DNA of 64,000 nt from Faecalibacterium sp. CAG:74 (GCA_000437595.1 FR899900.1:133729-197728); one strand, 5' to 3'; positions 10,074 to 20,946 are shown, counted from the stretch's first letter. Made by a program: numbers and translations. The notes: generated from the letters alone by a model not told the origin.

Positions 10074-12143
10074 TTATTGCTCTTTGATGCCCTTTGCCAT
10101 GCGGTAGGCTTCGTCATATAGCACGTTCTGGCTCGCCAGCGGCGTTTGCGTGCCGGGATAGCGGCGGGTGTAGCTGCCGTCGGACTGCTGGTCGCGTGCC
10201 TGTACGTTGTCATGCCACATGACGTCGAAGATGTGGTCAATGCGGCGTTTCACGTCGTCCTGCAGAATCGGGGTTGCCACCTCGACGCGGCGCAGGGTGT
10301 TGCGGGTCATCCAGTCCGCCGAAGCAATGTAGTAGCGGGCTGCGTCGCCATCGCCGAAAATATAAATACGGCTGTGTTCGAGGAAGCGCCCGACGATGCT
10401 GATGATGTGCACATTGTCCGTCAAGCCGGGCACGCCCCCGCGCAGGCAGCAGATGCCGCGCACAATCATTTCGACCTGCACGCCCGCCTGACTCGCCTCG
10501 ACGAGCTTGTCAATCAGCATCTTGTCCGTCAGGCTGTTCATCTTCAGGCGGATCAGACCCTTCTGCCCCGCCTTCGCCTTGCTGATTTCGCCGTCAATCA
10601 TGTCAATCAGCTTATCTTGCAGGCAGTGCGGCGCGACCAGCAGCACGGACATGTGGTCTACTGTTTCGCCCAGCATCAGCGCTTGGAAAACCTGCAATGC
10701 CTCTTCGCCGATTTCGTCGCGCGCGGTGATGTAGCTCAGGTCGGTATACAGGCGGCTGGTCTTCTCGTTGTAGTTGCCCGTGCCAATCTGCGTGATGTAC
10801 TGGATGCCCTCATCCGTTTTGCGCGTAATCAGGCAAAGTTTGGAATGAACCTTCAGTTTATCCACACCGTAGATAACGTGGCAGCCTGCGCGCTCCAAAC
10901 GGCGGCTCCACTCGATGTTGTTCTCCTCGTCAAAGCGGGCTTTCAGCTCCACCAGCACGTCCACCTGCTTGCCGTTTTCGGCGGCTTCCACCAGTGCTTC
11001 CACAACCTTCGAGTCGCGCGCGAGGCGATAGAGCGTCATGCGGATAGAGACGACCTGCGGGTCATTCGCCGCTTCGGACAGCATCCGCAGAAACGGGCGG
11101 ATGCTCTGGTAGGGATAGTGCAGCAGCACATCCTTTTCCAGAATCTGCTCCATCACCGGGCGATTGTCCACGATATCCGGCGTTGCCTGCGGATGACGCG
11201 GCGCGTAGAACAGTTCCGCGTGGCTGCGCAGTTTATCCTGAATATTAAACAGGAAGCTAATATCCAGCGGCGTATCGTACTCGTAGACGCGCGCGGTGTC
11301 CAGTTTCAGCTGGTCGCACAGCTTCTCGATAATGTCGTGCCCGATTTTTCGGCTGAGTTCCAAGCGCACCGGGCAGAGTTTCTGGCGCAGACGCACGACT
11401 TCCGCCATGTGGTCGCGATAGTTGAGGTCTTCGTCGTATACGCTGTCCGCGTCAATGTCGGCGCTGCGGGTAATGCGCGCCAGCGTCTTGCTTGCGATGC
11501 GGTAGCTGCCAAAAAGCAGCGGCAGATAGTGCAGAATCAGCTCTTCAGAGAGGATATAGCAGCCCGTGCGCTCCGGCACCTCAATCAGGCGCGGGAACAT
11601 GTTCTCCCCGCACGGAACGATGCCGATTTTTTCCTTCTCGCTGCCCGTGCGCAGGACGGCGACGGCATAAATCTCCTTGTTTTTGAGGAACGGGAACGTC
11701 TGCTTTTTGCCCACGACATAAGTCGAGAGCAATGGCAAATAGTCCTCGCGGAAGATTTTCGCCAGATACTGCTCGCTTTCCGAGCTGATTTGGCGGAAGT
11801 TGACGATGCTGATGCCCTCGTCCTCCAGCTTCTTTAGCACATCGGCATACGTCCGGTCGCGGCGGTCGCACAGCGTGCGGATGCGGCTGACGGCAGCGTC
11901 AATCTGCTCGCCGGGGGTCATGTTCGTCTTGTTCTCGCGTGCCTCCTTATCCAGCAGCATCTGGTCATGCAGGCTACCGATGCGCACCATGAAAAACTCG
12001 TCCAGATTGCTCTGGAAGATCGAGAGGAACGACAGACGCTCGCACAGCGGTACGCGCTCATCCTCCGCTTCTTCCAGTACTCGCTCGTTGAACCGCAGCC
12101 ACGAAAGCTCTCGGTTTTCCGTGCAAGTCAGCATGTTGTCCAT
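10074..12143 (-). CDS. ppk1: polyphosphate kinase 1
   Basis: 689 aa. The N-terminus NRELSWLRFNERVLEEA and the PLD-like duplicated catalytic domains are characteristic of PPK1. Confidence 0.9.
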   Translation of the reverse strand: MDNMLTCTENRELSWLRFNERVLEEAEDERVPLCERLSFLSIFQSNLDEFFMVRIGSLHDQMLLDKEARENKTNMTPGEQIDAAVSRIRTLCDRRDRTYADVLKKLEDEGISIVNFRQISSESEQYLAKIFREDYLPLLSTYVVGKKQTFPFLKNKEIYAVAVLRTGSEKEKIGIVPCGENMFPRLIEVPERTGCYILSEELILHYLPLLFGSYRIASKTLARITRSADIDADSVYDEDLNYRDHMAEVVRLRQKLCPVRLELSRKIGHDIIEKLCDQLKLDTARVYEYDTPLDISFLFNIQDKLRSHAELFYAPRHPQATPDIVDNRPVMEQILEKDVLLHYPYQSIRPFLRMLSEAANDPQVVSIRMTLYRLARDSKVVEALVEAAENGKQVDVLVELKARFDEENNIEWSRRLERAGCHVIYGVDKLKVHSKLCLITRKTDEGIQYITQIGTGNYNEKTSRLYTDLSYITARDEIGEEALQVFQALMLGETVDHMSVLLVAPHCLQDKLIDMIDGEISKAKAGQKGLIRLKMNSLTDKMLIDKLVEASQAGVQVEMIVRGICCLRGGVPGLTDNVHIISIVGRFLEHSRIYIFGDGDAARYYIASADWMTRNTLRRVEVATPILQDDVKRRIDHIFDVMWHDNVQARDQQSDGSYTRRYPGTQTPLASQNVLYDEAYRMAKGIKEQ

Positions 12144-12162
12144 CCTATTTTGCCCCTTTCCA

Positions 12163-14169
12163 TCAGTTCATTGCAATATCTGCCAATTTATCGCGATAAT
12201 TGCGCAGCGCTTCCGCTTCCACTTGCTGACGCTCCGCCGCCAATTTTGGGTTTTCCCGCAGTCGCTTCATGCACTTCGCAGCTTCATCCAGCAGCTTCAC
12301 GTCACCATCAAGCAGGAAATCCGCCATCATTTCGCCAGATTGCCGCGTACCCATCAGGTCGCCCGGCCCGCGAAGCTCCAAGTCTTTCTGCGCGACGATG
12401 AAGCCGTCATTCGTCTGCGTCAGGATGCGCAATCGCTCATTTTCCGCTGCCAGCAGGAAGCACCAGCTTTCCGCTGATCCGCGCCCGACGCGCCCGCGCA
12501 GCTGATGCAATTGGCTGAGCCCGAAGCGCTCGGCATTCTCAATCACCATGACGCTCGCGTTCGGCACGTTCACGCCGACTTCGATGACCGTCGTGGACAC
12601 GAGGACATCGAGATTCCCGGCGGAAAACTCGCTGAGCACCTGCGCTTTTTCGTCCGCGGGCTGTGCGCCCCACGTCAATCCGACACGAAGTCCCGACAAT
12701 TCGCCGTTTTTCAGCGCGTCGAACGTCGCCTGTGCGCTGCGAACGTCCTCCATCATCTCGCTGTCCTCAACCAGCGGACAGACCACATACGCCTGATGCC
12801 CTTTCAGCACCTCCTGCCGCAGGAAGCCGTACATCCCGGCGCGCTTCTCTTCCGGCACGACTCGCGTCTTGACCGGCGTGCGCCCCGGCGGCAGCTCATC
12901 GACGATGGACACATCAAGGTCGCCATAGAGAATCAGCGCAAGCGTGCGTGGAATCGGCGTTGCGGACATGACGAGCACATGCGGCGCTTTCGTGCCGTCC
13001 GCACCCTTCTGCTGCAAGGTCGAGCGCTGCATCACACCGAAACGGTGCTGCTCATCCGTCACAACCAGTCCGAGCTTTTGATACGCCACCTTTTCGCTGA
13101 TCAGCGCGTGCGTCCCGAACACTGCCTGATACTCCCCGTTTGCGCAAGCCTCCTGCGCCTCCCGCTTCGCCTTCGGACGCATCGAGCCAATCAGCAGGCC
13201 GCAGTGGATGCCCAGCGGTTCCAGCATTGCCTTGGCGGATTCGTAGTGCTGGCACGCGAGAATTTCCGTCGGCGCCATCATCGCCGCCTGGTATCCGCAG
13301 GCGCATGTCATGGCAATCGCCCCGAATGCCAGCGCGGTTTTGCCGCAGCCGACGTCGCCCTGCACGAGGCGGCTCATCGCCCGGTCGCACCGCAAATCCG
13401 CCGCGATTTCCTCCAAGACGCGCTTCTGCGCCCCGGTCGGCGGGAACGGCAGCGTCTGCCAGAATTTTTCCGGCGCATCCGGCGGAATCGGCAGTGCCGT
13501 GCCATCCGCCTTGTGTCCGCGCAGCAGCCCCAGTGCCGCCTGATACATCAGCATCTGCTCAAATGCCAGCCGCCGCCGCGCCAGCCGCAGATTTTCTACA
13601 TTCAGCGGGAAATGTGCCTGCCGGATGGCAAAATTCAGCTCACACAGCTGATGGCGGATGCGCAGGTCGTTCGGCAGCGTCTCCGGGCAGCAGTCATCGA
13701 CCTGTTCCAGCGCCTGCTGCATCATTTCGCGGAAGGACTTCGCCGGAATCCCCTTCACAGCGCGGTACACCGGCAGGATACACGGCTCCGTCACCCGCTG
13801 CGCATTTTGGAGCACGGGTTTTCCCCGGCTCTGCCCCATACGCCCGAAGAGCATGATGGTCTGCCCGACCGGCAGGTTCTGCATCATCCACGGCTGATTA
13901 TACCACACCAGCGGCAGTTTTCCGCTGTCATCCCAGAGATACGCCGTCACGCGCGTCAAGCCGTTGAAGCGGCTGAGCTTCGGTGCGTCCTGCACAACGC
14001 CCATCACCAGCACCTCGCCGCCGTTTGCGTCCGCGCAGGGAATCGGGTGTGTTCTGTCCTCGTAGCGCTGCGGAAGAAAATACAACAAATCGCGCAATGA
14101 GCAGACGCCCACTGCGCGAAGGGATTCCAGCCGGGTTGGGCCAATGCCCTTGATGGCGGAAAGCTCCAT
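12163..14169 (-). CDS. recG: ATP-dependent DNA helicase RecG
   Basis: 668 aa with a wedge domain, the helicase motif DVGCGKT, DEQHRFG, and C-terminal helicase motifs. Confidence 0.9.
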   Translation of the reverse strand: MELSAIKGIGPTRLESLRAVGVCSLRDLLYFLPQRYEDRTHPIPCADANGGEVLVMGVVQDAPKLSRFNGLTRVTAYLWDDSGKLPLVWYNQPWMMQNLPVGQTIMLFGRMGQSRGKPVLQNAQRVTEPCILPVYRAVKGIPAKSFREMMQQALEQVDDCCPETLPNDLRIRHQLCELNFAIRQAHFPLNVENLRLARRRLAFEQMLMYQAALGLLRGHKADGTALPIPPDAPEKFWQTLPFPPTGAQKRVLEEIAADLRCDRAMSRLVQGDVGCGKTALAFGAIAMTCACGYQAAMMAPTEILACQHYESAKAMLEPLGIHCGLLIGSMRPKAKREAQEACANGEYQAVFGTHALISEKVAYQKLGLVVTDEQHRFGVMQRSTLQQKGADGTKAPHVLVMSATPIPRTLALILYGDLDVSIVDELPPGRTPVKTRVVPEEKRAGMYGFLRQEVLKGHQAYVVCPLVEDSEMMEDVRSAQATFDALKNGELSGLRVGLTWGAQPADEKAQVLSEFSAGNLDVLVSTTVIEVGVNVPNASVMVIENAERFGLSQLHQLRGRVGRGSAESWCFLLAAENERLRILTQTNDGFIVAQKDLELRGPGDLMGTRQSGEMMADFLLDGDVKLLDEAAKCMKRLRENPKLAAERQQVEAEALRNYRDKLADIAMN

Positions 14170-14176
14170 TTGCTTT

Positions 14177-15829
14177 TTACTCCACAGAAATCAGATAGTA
14201 ATACAGCGGCTGACCGCCCAGCAGGCAGTCCACATCGCAATTCGGATACTGATCGGCGATTTCCGCCGCCACCTGCTCCGCGTCTTCCTTCGTCGTATCC
14301 GCGCCGTAGTAGACGGTAATCAGCTCCGCATCATCCGTCACAACCGCTTTCATCATGTCCAGCACAACGTCATGCACAGAATTGCCGCAATACTCAATCT
14401 TGCCGTTGTGCATCCCGATGATGTCACCCTTGTGAATCTGCACGCCGTTGTACTCGCTGTCGCGCACCGCATACGTTACCGTACCGGTCTTGACGTGCTC
14501 CGCCGCTTCCGCCATGCGCTTGGCGTTCTCCTCGCCGGACACGTCATCTTGGAACGCGACCGCCGCGGCAATGCCCATCGCCACGTTCTTCGTGGGGATG
14601 ACGTGCACTTCCTTCTCCGCCAGTTCCGCCGCCTGATTCGCCGCGAAAATGACGTTGCCGTTATTCGGAAACACGAACACACACTTGGCGTTGACCTGAT
14701 TGATGGCGTTCAGAATGTCATCCACCGACGGGTTCATCGTCTGACCGCCCTCGACCACCACATCCACCGTCAAATCACGGAAGATGCTGGAGAAGCCGTC
14801 GCCCAGCGACACTGCCACCATGCCAAATTCCTTCGCAGGTTCGGCAGGGGCTTCCACGGCGGCAGGAGCCTTTTCCGCTTCCAGCGCACGCTTGCGCGCC
14901 AGCATGTTGTCCACCTTCACATTCACCAGTTCGCCCAGCTCAATGCCATACTGGATAGCATTGCCGGGGTCGTTGGTGTGCACATGCACCTTCGTCTCGG
15001 TCAGGTCGCCCGTCACCTTGACGCAGTTGCCAATGCGGTTCAGGCGGCGGCGGAAGGAATCCACGTCGCCCTCGGTGCAGTCCTCGCGGAAGTTCACGAT
15101 GTCGTACTCCGTGCAGTAGGCATAAGGCAGATCGCCGGACAGGTCGTGAATATCCTCCTCCACCTGACTATCGCCCGCCAGCAGCGCCGCCGGGTCAGCA
15201 ATTTCCTCGCCGCGCATGACCGCCGCATAGCCGGTGTAAATCAGCATGAGGCCGCGTCCGCCGGAGTCGACCACGCCCGCCGCTTTCAGGGGCGGCAGCA
15301 TGTCAGGCGTGCGCTTCAAAATTGCCTCGCCGCTGGTCAGAATGACGTTCATCAGCCCATCGTAGTCATCGGGATTGCTCTCGGTGTATTTGATGGCATC
15401 CTCCGCAATGACGCGCGCGACGGTCAGAATCGTGCCCTCCTTGGGCTTCATGACTGCCTTGTACGCCTTGTCAGAGCCCGCCTTCAATGCCTGCGCAAAC
15501 TGCACGGGGGTAATCTTCTCCACGCCCTTCAAGGACGTCGCGAAGCCGCGCAGCAGCTGGGACGTGATAACGCCAGAGTTGCCGCGCGCGCCCTTGAGCG
15601 CACCCTTCGAGATGGCAGCCGCCGCCTCGTCCGCGCGCAGGTACTCCTGCGCATTGACCTCACGGGTCGCGCTCTGCATGGTCAGGGACATATTCGTCCC
15701 CGTATCGCCGTCCGGGACAGGGAAAACGTTCAGCGCGTCCACCGCTTCCCGGTTCTTTTCGAGCAGTGCCGCACCCGCGACGACCATGTCGCGCAGCAGC
15801 AGCCCGTCAATGGTTTTATGCTGTATCAA
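14177..15829 (-). CDS. yloV: DAK2 domain fusion protein YloV
   Basis: 550 aa with an N-terminal DAK2 domain (PVPDGDTGTNM) and a DegV-like C-terminus, in the classic position between asp23 and recG. Confidence 0.85.
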   Translation of the reverse strand: MIQHKTIDGLLLRDMVVAGAALLEKNREAVDALNVFPVPDGDTGTNMSLTMQSATREVNAQEYLRADEAAAAISKGALKGARGNSGVITSQLLRGFATSLKGVEKITPVQFAQALKAGSDKAYKAVMKPKEGTILTVARVIAEDAIKYTESNPDDYDGLMNVILTSGEAILKRTPDMLPPLKAAGVVDSGGRGLMLIYTGYAAVMRGEEIADPAALLAGDSQVEEDIHDLSGDLPYAYCTEYDIVNFREDCTEGDVDSFRRRLNRIGNCVKVTGDLTETKVHVHTNDPGNAIQYGIELGELVNVKVDNMLARKRALEAEKAPAAVEAPAEPAKEFGMVAVSLGDGFSSIFRDLTVDVVVEGGQTMNPSVDDILNAINQVNAKCVFVFPNNGNVIFAANQAAELAEKEVHVIPTKNVAMGIAAAVAFQDDVSGEENAKRMAEAAEHVKTGTVTYAVRDSEYNGVQIHKGDIIGMHNGKIEYCGNSVHDVVLDMMKAVVTDDAELITVYYGADTTKEDAEQVAAEIADQYPNCDVDCLLGGQPLYYYLISVE

Positions 15830-15896
15830 AGGTAAATTCCTCCTACCTGCTTTCGGCGTCAGCTCCTTGGAGCTGCTGCCGTGTGGCTTTCCTGCA

Positions 15897-16247
15897 TTAC
15901 ACGCGGATACCTTCCACAGAGATGTTGACCTTGCGAACCTTCACGCCCGTCATGCTTTCCAGCTTGTAGCGCACGGTATCGACAATGGTCTTGCACACCT
16001 CGGCAATGGAGATGCCGTATTCCACGATGATGAACAGATCGACGTCCAGCATATCGCCAACACTGCGAATCTGCACGCCCTTGGAGAGGTTTTCCCTTCC
16101 CAGCCATTCGACGATGCCATCCTTGGCACGCTTGGAGGACATGGCGACGATGCCGTAGCATTCCAGCGCCGCGTATCCCACGACTTTGAGCAGGACATCC
16201 TCCGTAATATAGATTGTTCCGATGTCGTTCTTGATTTTGCAATCCAT
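15897..16247 (-). CDS. Asp23/Gls24 family envelope stress protein
   Basis: 116 aa, with the IYITEDVLLKVVGYAA motif, first gene of the asp23-yloV-recG operon. RBS GGAGGTCGACTACT. Confidence 0.8.
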   Translation of the reverse strand: MDCKIKNDIGTIYITEDVLLKVVGYAALECYGIVAMSSKRAKDGIVEWLGRENLSKGVQIRSVGDMLDVDLFIIVEYGISIAEVCKTIVDTVRYKLESMTGVKVRKVNISVEGIRV

Positions 16248-16498
16248 AGTAGTCGACCTCCTTCATCCAGGGGCTTCCCAGCTTTTGTCCTCGCGGACAC
16301 GATAAATGCACCCATAGCTGGGTCAGAGTATAGTATACAGGATTTTAGCGGAAATGGCAAGACTTTTTCGGCCCGTTTCACAAAAATGCCGCCAGAAATT
16401 CCAGAAAAAGCGCCGACATGTGTCGATTTCGTGAACATTTCTTGCAGATTGTGTGATTTTCCCGCCTTTGCGATACCGCCTGACCAAAAATTTTCCCC

Positions 16499-16527
16499 TT
16501 GACAAGCGGGAAAAACCGTGCTATCAT
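16499..16527 (+). promoter_or_regulatory. sigma-70 type promoter driving the T-box leader
   Basis: TTGACA (16499-16504), a 17-nt spacer, then TATCAT (16522-16527). Confidence 0.6.
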
Positions 16528-16533
16528 GCACCC

Positions 16534-16810
16534 ATCAGGGCAATGAGGAGACGGGTCATCCGCTTCTGCGGCGCAGGCAGAGAGCTTCCGGGCGGTGTGA
16601 GGAAGCAGGCGGCGCATAGGGTGACGTACAGCTCCGAGCCATCCGCTGAAACCGCGTCTGCGCGGCGGGTAGGCGGCATCCGGTGCGCCGGTTACAGCGT
16701 GCGAGGAATGACTGTTCCTCCTTGAGGGCTGTTCGCAGCCAGACGGAAGTGGTACCGTGGCATTTTGTCACCTTCCCCGGAGTTTGTCCGGAGAAGGTGT
16801 TTTTTATTCT
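16534..16810 (+). ncRNA. T-box riboswitch leader (probably Tyr-specific) upstream of the aminotransferase-tyrS operon
   Basis: A ~300-nt untranslated leader. It contains a GCAGAGAGC (AGAGA) stem-I motif and a T-box-like sequence GAAGTGGTACCGTGG (16746-16760). This is immediately followed by the terminator hairpin CACCTTCCCCGGAG/TCCGGAGAAGGTG plus a T-run (16769-16806). A UAC-A triplet at 16627-16630 is a candidate Tyr specifier. Confidence 0.65.
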
Positions 16811-16843
16811 TATTCTCTGAAAGTAGTAAGGAGTGATTGGATT

Positions 16844-18031
16844 ATGGCGCTTGATTCCCTGCGTTTCGCGCACCGCTTCGACCAGATCAGCGGCAGCGCC
16901 ATTCGCGAAATCTTCAAGATGATTGCCAAGCCTGGCATGATTTCCTTCGCGGGCGGCAATCCGGCGGCATCGGCGCTGCCCGATGCGGAATGCGCCGAAA
17001 TCGCCCGCGACGTGCTGCAAAAGGATGGCAAGCGCATCCTGCAATATGGCGCGACAGAGGGGTATCCGCCGCTGCTGGAAAGCCTGCACGCCTATGTGGA
17101 ACAGCAGCTTGGGTGCACCGTGCCTGCAGTGCTGCCCGTCACCGGCTCAACGCAGGCGATGGATTTGCTCTGCAAGGCGCTGATTGACCCCGGCGACGTG
17201 ATTCTGGTGGAGAACCCGTCGTTTCTGGGCAACATGCAGTGTATGCGGCTGTATCAGGCAACGCTGGTGCCGGTAGAGAGCGACGAGAACGGGATTATCC
17301 CGGAAAAGCTGGAAGAAGCCATGCGCCAGTATCACCCGAAGCTGCTCTACACCATCCCGACGTTCCAGAATCCGACGGGCATCACGCTGGCCGCCGACCG
17401 CCGCAAGCCCATTGCGGAACTCGCCGCGAAGTACCACGTCGTCGTGGCGGAGGATGACCCGTACCGCGACCTGCGATATGCCGGAGAAGCGTGCCCATCC
17501 ATCAAATCCTTCGACAAGGATGGCTGGGTCGTTTTCCTCGGCTCATTCAGCAAGATTATCAGCCCCGGTCTGCGCGTCGGATTCATGGCGGGCGACGCGG
17601 GTATCCTGCGCAAATGCACCGTCGGCAAGCAGTCCACCGACGTCCACACGGCAAACCTTACACAGGCGATCGTGGATCAGTACCTGCGGCGCGGTCTGCT
17701 GCCCGACCACATCACAAGCATCTGCCGCAGCTACAAGGCGCAGCTGGATGCTATGCTGAGTGAACTTTCGACCTTTCCCAAAGGCACGACGTACACGCGC
17801 CCGGACGGCGGTCTGTTCATCTTCGTAACGCTGCCGGAGGGCATTGACGCAAAAGTGCTGCTGGAGCAAGCGGTAGAGCGCCACGTTGCCTACGTCCCCG
17901 GCACGCACTTCTTCTGCGACGGCGGACATGAGAATACGCTGCGCCTGAACTTCTCCAACTCCAGCATCGCGCAAATTCACGAGGGCATGAGCACCTTGCG
18001 GGAGATTTTCGCGCAGGCGCTGGCGAAATGA
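16844..18031 (+). CDS. PLP-dependent aminotransferase (class I/II, aromatic/2-aminoadipate aminotransferase-like)
   Basis: Fold-type I aminotransferase with the SFSKIISPGLRVG lysine motif. The start was trimmed to ATG 16844 after AAGGAGTGATTGGATT. Confidence 0.8.
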   Translation: MALDSLRFAHRFDQISGSAIREIFKMIAKPGMISFAGGNPAASALPDAECAEIARDVLQKDGKRILQYGATEGYPPLLESLHAYVEQQLGCTVPAVLPVTGSTQAMDLLCKALIDPGDVILVENPSFLGNMQCMRLYQATLVPVESDENGIIPEKLEEAMRQYHPKLLYTIPTFQNPTGITLAADRRKPIAELAAKYHVVVAEDDPYRDLRYAGEACPSIKSFDKDGWVVFLGSFSKIISPGLRVGFMAGDAGILRKCTVGKQSTDVHTANLTQAIVDQYLRRGLLPDHITSICRSYKAQLDAMLSELSTFPKGTTYTRPDGGLFIFVTLPEGIDAKVLLEQAVERHVAYVPGTHFFCDGGHENTLRLNFSNSSIAQIHEGMSTLREIFAQALAK

Positions 18032-18070
18032 CACTGTTTCCCCTACTACTTAATATATAGGAGGTTCCCC

Positions 18071-19297
18071 ATGCACATTCTTGACGTTTTGAAAGAGCGC
18101 GGCTTCATCGCCCAGACCACCTTTGAGGACGAACTGTACAAGCAGCTCGAAGAGCCGACCACCTTCTACGTCGGCTTCGATCCGACCGCTGATTCCCTCC
18201 ACATCGGGCATTACATCCCGATTATGGCGATGGCGCACATGCAGCGCGCGGGGCATCGCCCGATTGCGCTGATGGGCGGCGGCACAGCGATGATCGGCGA
18301 CCCGTCCGGCAAGACCGACATGCGCAAGATGATGACCGTCGAGACGATTGACCACAACGTCGAGTGCATCAAGCAGCAGATGAGCCGTTTCCTTGATTTC
18401 TCCGACGACAAGGCGATTATCGTCAACAACGCGGACTGGCTGCGCAACCTGAACTTCATCGAGTTCATGCGCGACATCGGCGCGATGTTCTCCGTCAACA
18501 AGATGCTGACCGCTGACTGCTACAAGACGCGCATGGCGACCGACAACGGTCTGTCCTTCCTCGAATTCACCTACATGCTCATGCAGTCCTACGACTTCCT
18601 GGAGCTGTTCCACCGCTACGGCTGCCGGCTGGAAATGGGCGGCAATGACCAGTGGAGCAATATGCTGGGCGGCGCAGACCTGGTTCGCCGCAAGGACAGT
18701 GAAAAGGCGTTCGCCTGCACGTTCCAGCTGCTGCTGACCCACGACGGCAAGAAGATGGGCAAGACCGAGAAGGGCGCGCTGTGGCTTGACCCGAACAAGA
18801 CCTCCCCGTTCGATTTCTACCAGTACTGGCGCAACGTTGATGACGCGGACGTGGAAAAGTGCCTTGGCTTGCTGACCTTCCTGCCGATGGATGAAGTGCG
18901 CCGTCTTGGCGCGCTGCAAGGCAGCGAAATCAACGAGGCGAAGAAGGTGCTGGCATTCGAGGTGACGAAGCTGGTGCACGGCGAAGAAGAGGCGCAGAAG
19001 GCCGCCGATGCCGCTGCCGCACTGTTCGCGGGCGGTGCGTCTGCCGCGAATGTCCCCTCCTTCACGCTGACGAAGGACGAATTCGCCGCCGACAGCCGCG
19101 TGACGACCATGCTGGTCAAGTCCGGGCTGTGCAAGAGCCAGAGCGACGCGCGCAATCAGGTGAAGGCGGGTGCAGTGCTGGTGGCGGACAAGAAGGTGGA
19201 TGACCTGAACGCCACGCTGGCGGAGAGCGACGTCCCCGCAGATGGTCTGCTGATTCAGAAGGGCAAAAAGAATTTCCGCCGCCTGTTCCTCGCATGA
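18071..19297 (+). CDS. tyrS: tyrosine--tRNA ligase
   Basis: Class I HIGH motif (SLHIGHYIP), KMSKS-like KMGKT, and a C-terminal S4 domain, at 408 aa. Confidence 0.95.
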   Translation: MHILDVLKERGFIAQTTFEDELYKQLEEPTTFYVGFDPTADSLHIGHYIPIMAMAHMQRAGHRPIALMGGGTAMIGDPSGKTDMRKMMTVETIDHNVECIKQQMSRFLDFSDDKAIIVNNADWLRNLNFIEFMRDIGAMFSVNKMLTADCYKTRMATDNGLSFLEFTYMLMQSYDFLELFHRYGCRLEMGGNDQWSNMLGGADLVRRKDSEKAFACTFQLLLTHDGKKMGKTEKGALWLDPNKTSPFDFYQYWRNVDDADVEKCLGLLTFLPMDEVRRLGALQGSEINEAKKVLAFEVTKLVHGEEEAQKAADAAAALFAGGASAANVPSFTLTKDEFAADSRVTTMLVKSGLCKSQSDARNQVKAGAVLVADKKVDDLNATLAESDVPADGLLIQKGKKNFRRLFLA

Positions 19298-19941
19298 GTG
19301 CCTTGAACCCCTATCGGACGCTCCGGCAGTTCGCCAGCGACGAGTTCATCATCAACAAAAGCCGCTTTATCGGCTATGCCGCGCCGTGCGAAACGGAAGC
19401 GGAGGCGCTTGCGTTTCTGCAATCCATCCGCACAAAGCACAAGGACGCCACGCACAACTGCTATGCCTACATCATCGGGCAGAACGCGGGCATCATGCGC
19501 TATTCCGACGACGGCGAGCCGGGCGGCACTGCGGGGCTGCCGATGATGGAGGTATTGAAGCATCAGGGCGTAGTCAACTGCTGCTGCGTGGTCACGCGCT
19601 ATTTCGGCGGCGTGCTGCTGGGCGCGGGCGGGCTGGTGCGCGCGTACACGCAGGGGGCGGTCGTCGCGCTCAAGGCGGCGCAAGTCGTCGAGATGCTCCC
19701 CTCCTGCCAATACCTGTGCGAAGTCGCCTATCCGCTGTGGGACAAGGTGCAGTACGCGCTGAAAAGCCTGCCCGTGCAATTGCTGAGCAGCGAGTTCACG
19801 ACCGCCGTCGGCTTCACGCTGCTGATTCGCCAGACGGACGCGCAATCTGTCCTGGACACGCTGACCCGCGTGACCGACGGGCGCATTGAGACGCTGCTGG
19901 AGGAAGAATCCTACCGTGCGTGGGACAGCGAAAGCAAATAA
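19294..19941 (+). CDS. yigZ: YigZ/IMPACT family protein (UPF0029)
   Basis: 215 aa. The SRFIGY..THNCYAY motifs are typical of the IMPACT N-domain. Its start overlaps the tyrS stop. Confidence 0.8.
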   Translation: MSALNPYRTLRQFASDEFIINKSRFIGYAAPCETEAEALAFLQSIRTKHKDATHNCYAYIIGQNAGIMRYSDDGEPGGTAGLPMMEVLKHQGVVNCCCVVTRYFGGVLLGAGGLVRAYTQGAVVALKAAQVVEMLPSCQYLCEVAYPLWDKVQYALKSLPVQLLSSEFTTAVGFTLLIRQTDAQSVLDTLTRVTDGRIETLLEEESYRAWDSESK

Positions 19942-19992
19942 CCGATTTTACCCGGAAATCGTTCTGATTCAGAACAGTTTTCGGGTTTTTGC

Positions 19993-20021
19993 TTGACCTT
20001 TATCAGCTTTCCTGCTATGAT
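19993..20021 (+). promoter_or_regulatory. sigma-70 type promoter for the AraC regulator gene
   Basis: TTGACC, a 17-nt spacer, then TATGAT. Confidence 0.5.
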
Positions 20022-20055
20022 GCTTTCATAAATACCGGGACAAGGAGAAAGGCAT

Positions 20056-20946
20056 ATGACAAGGAAACATCCAGCACATGAGCTTGAGGAAGATGTGCTG
20101 GTTCGCACAAGCAACATGGGGCAAGGGCGCTCGGATTATGAAGCGTTTCACACGCTGTCGCCCGCCATCCACCTGCGCGAAATCCATACGCATGATTTCT
20201 TTGAGCTGTATATTCACCTAAACGGCTTTCCCCGCCTGTATGTGGACAACAAAATCGTCACGCTCCAGCGCGGCAGCCTGATGATTTTCCCGCCATTCGT
20301 CATGCACGGCATAATCTCGCAGGACACCATCCGCAACTACGAGCGAGTGGTGCTGTTCATCTCCTCCGGGATGCTGCACCAGCTGGGGCAGGGACTTCTG
20401 CCGCTGGAGCAGCGCCTTTTGGACTGCACGCGCCGCACCGGGTATCATTATCAGCTGGATGAAGCGGCGCTTTCGCTGTGTACAACGTGCATTGACCGTG
20501 TGGCGCAGAACACAGGCGACGAGCGTCCCGAATCGCGCTTGGCGGATTATGCCGCGATGACCGAGTTTCTGCTGCAAATCCTCCGCGTGACGCAGGAAGC
20601 GCCAATGCTGCAGAGTGCCCAGCCCTCGCCAGACACCATCCAGCGCGTGATGGCGTACATCAACGAGCATTACGCCCAGCCGCTGACGCTGGAGGAAATT
20701 GCGGACGCGTTCTTCATCAGCAAATCGTACCTGTCACACGAGTTTGTCCGTTACACGAACACGTCGGTGTACGAGTACATCCAGTTCCGGCGCATCTGTG
20801 GCGCGAAGCTGCTGATTGCCTCCGGCGTATCGCTGACGGATGCTGCATTCCAGAGCGGGTTCAATTCGTACTCCTCCTTTCTGCGCACTTTTCGCAAAAC
20901 AGCAGGCATTTCGCCGACGGATTTCCAGCGAAATCTTGGCAAATAG
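20056..20946 (+). CDS. AraC family transcriptional regulator (cupin sensor domain + AraC HTH)
   Basis: N-terminal cupin-like domain and C-terminal HTH_AraC (YAQPLTLEEIADAFFISKSYLSHEFVRYTNTSVYEYIQFRRI). Confidence 0.85.
   Translation: MTRKHPAHELEEDVLVRTSNMGQGRSDYEAFHTLSPAIHLREIHTHDFFELYIHLNGFPRLYVDNKIVTLQRGSLMIFPPFVMHGIISQDTIRNYERVVLFISSGMLHQLGQGLLPLEQRLLDCTRRTGYHYQLDEAALSLCTTCIDRVAQNTGDERPESRLADYAAMTEFLLQILRVTQEAPMLQSAQPSPDTIQRVMAYINEHYAQPLTLEEIADAFFISKSYLSHEFVRYTNTSVYEYIQFRRICGAKLLIASGVSLTDAAFQSGFNSYSSFLRTFRKTAGISPTDFQRNLGK

Noticed and set aside
10146-11837. 563-aa plus-strand ORF
   Set aside because: Antisense to ppk1.
12505-14100. 531-aa plus-strand ORF
   Set aside because: Antisense to recG. 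Arg/His-rich.
14144-15835. 563-aa plus-strand ORF
   Set aside because: Antisense to yloV.
16260-16500. Expected rpmB (L28) gene divergent from asp23
   Set aside because: It was looked for because of the conserved Firmicute arrangement. No L28-like ORF is present; the region holds only promoters.
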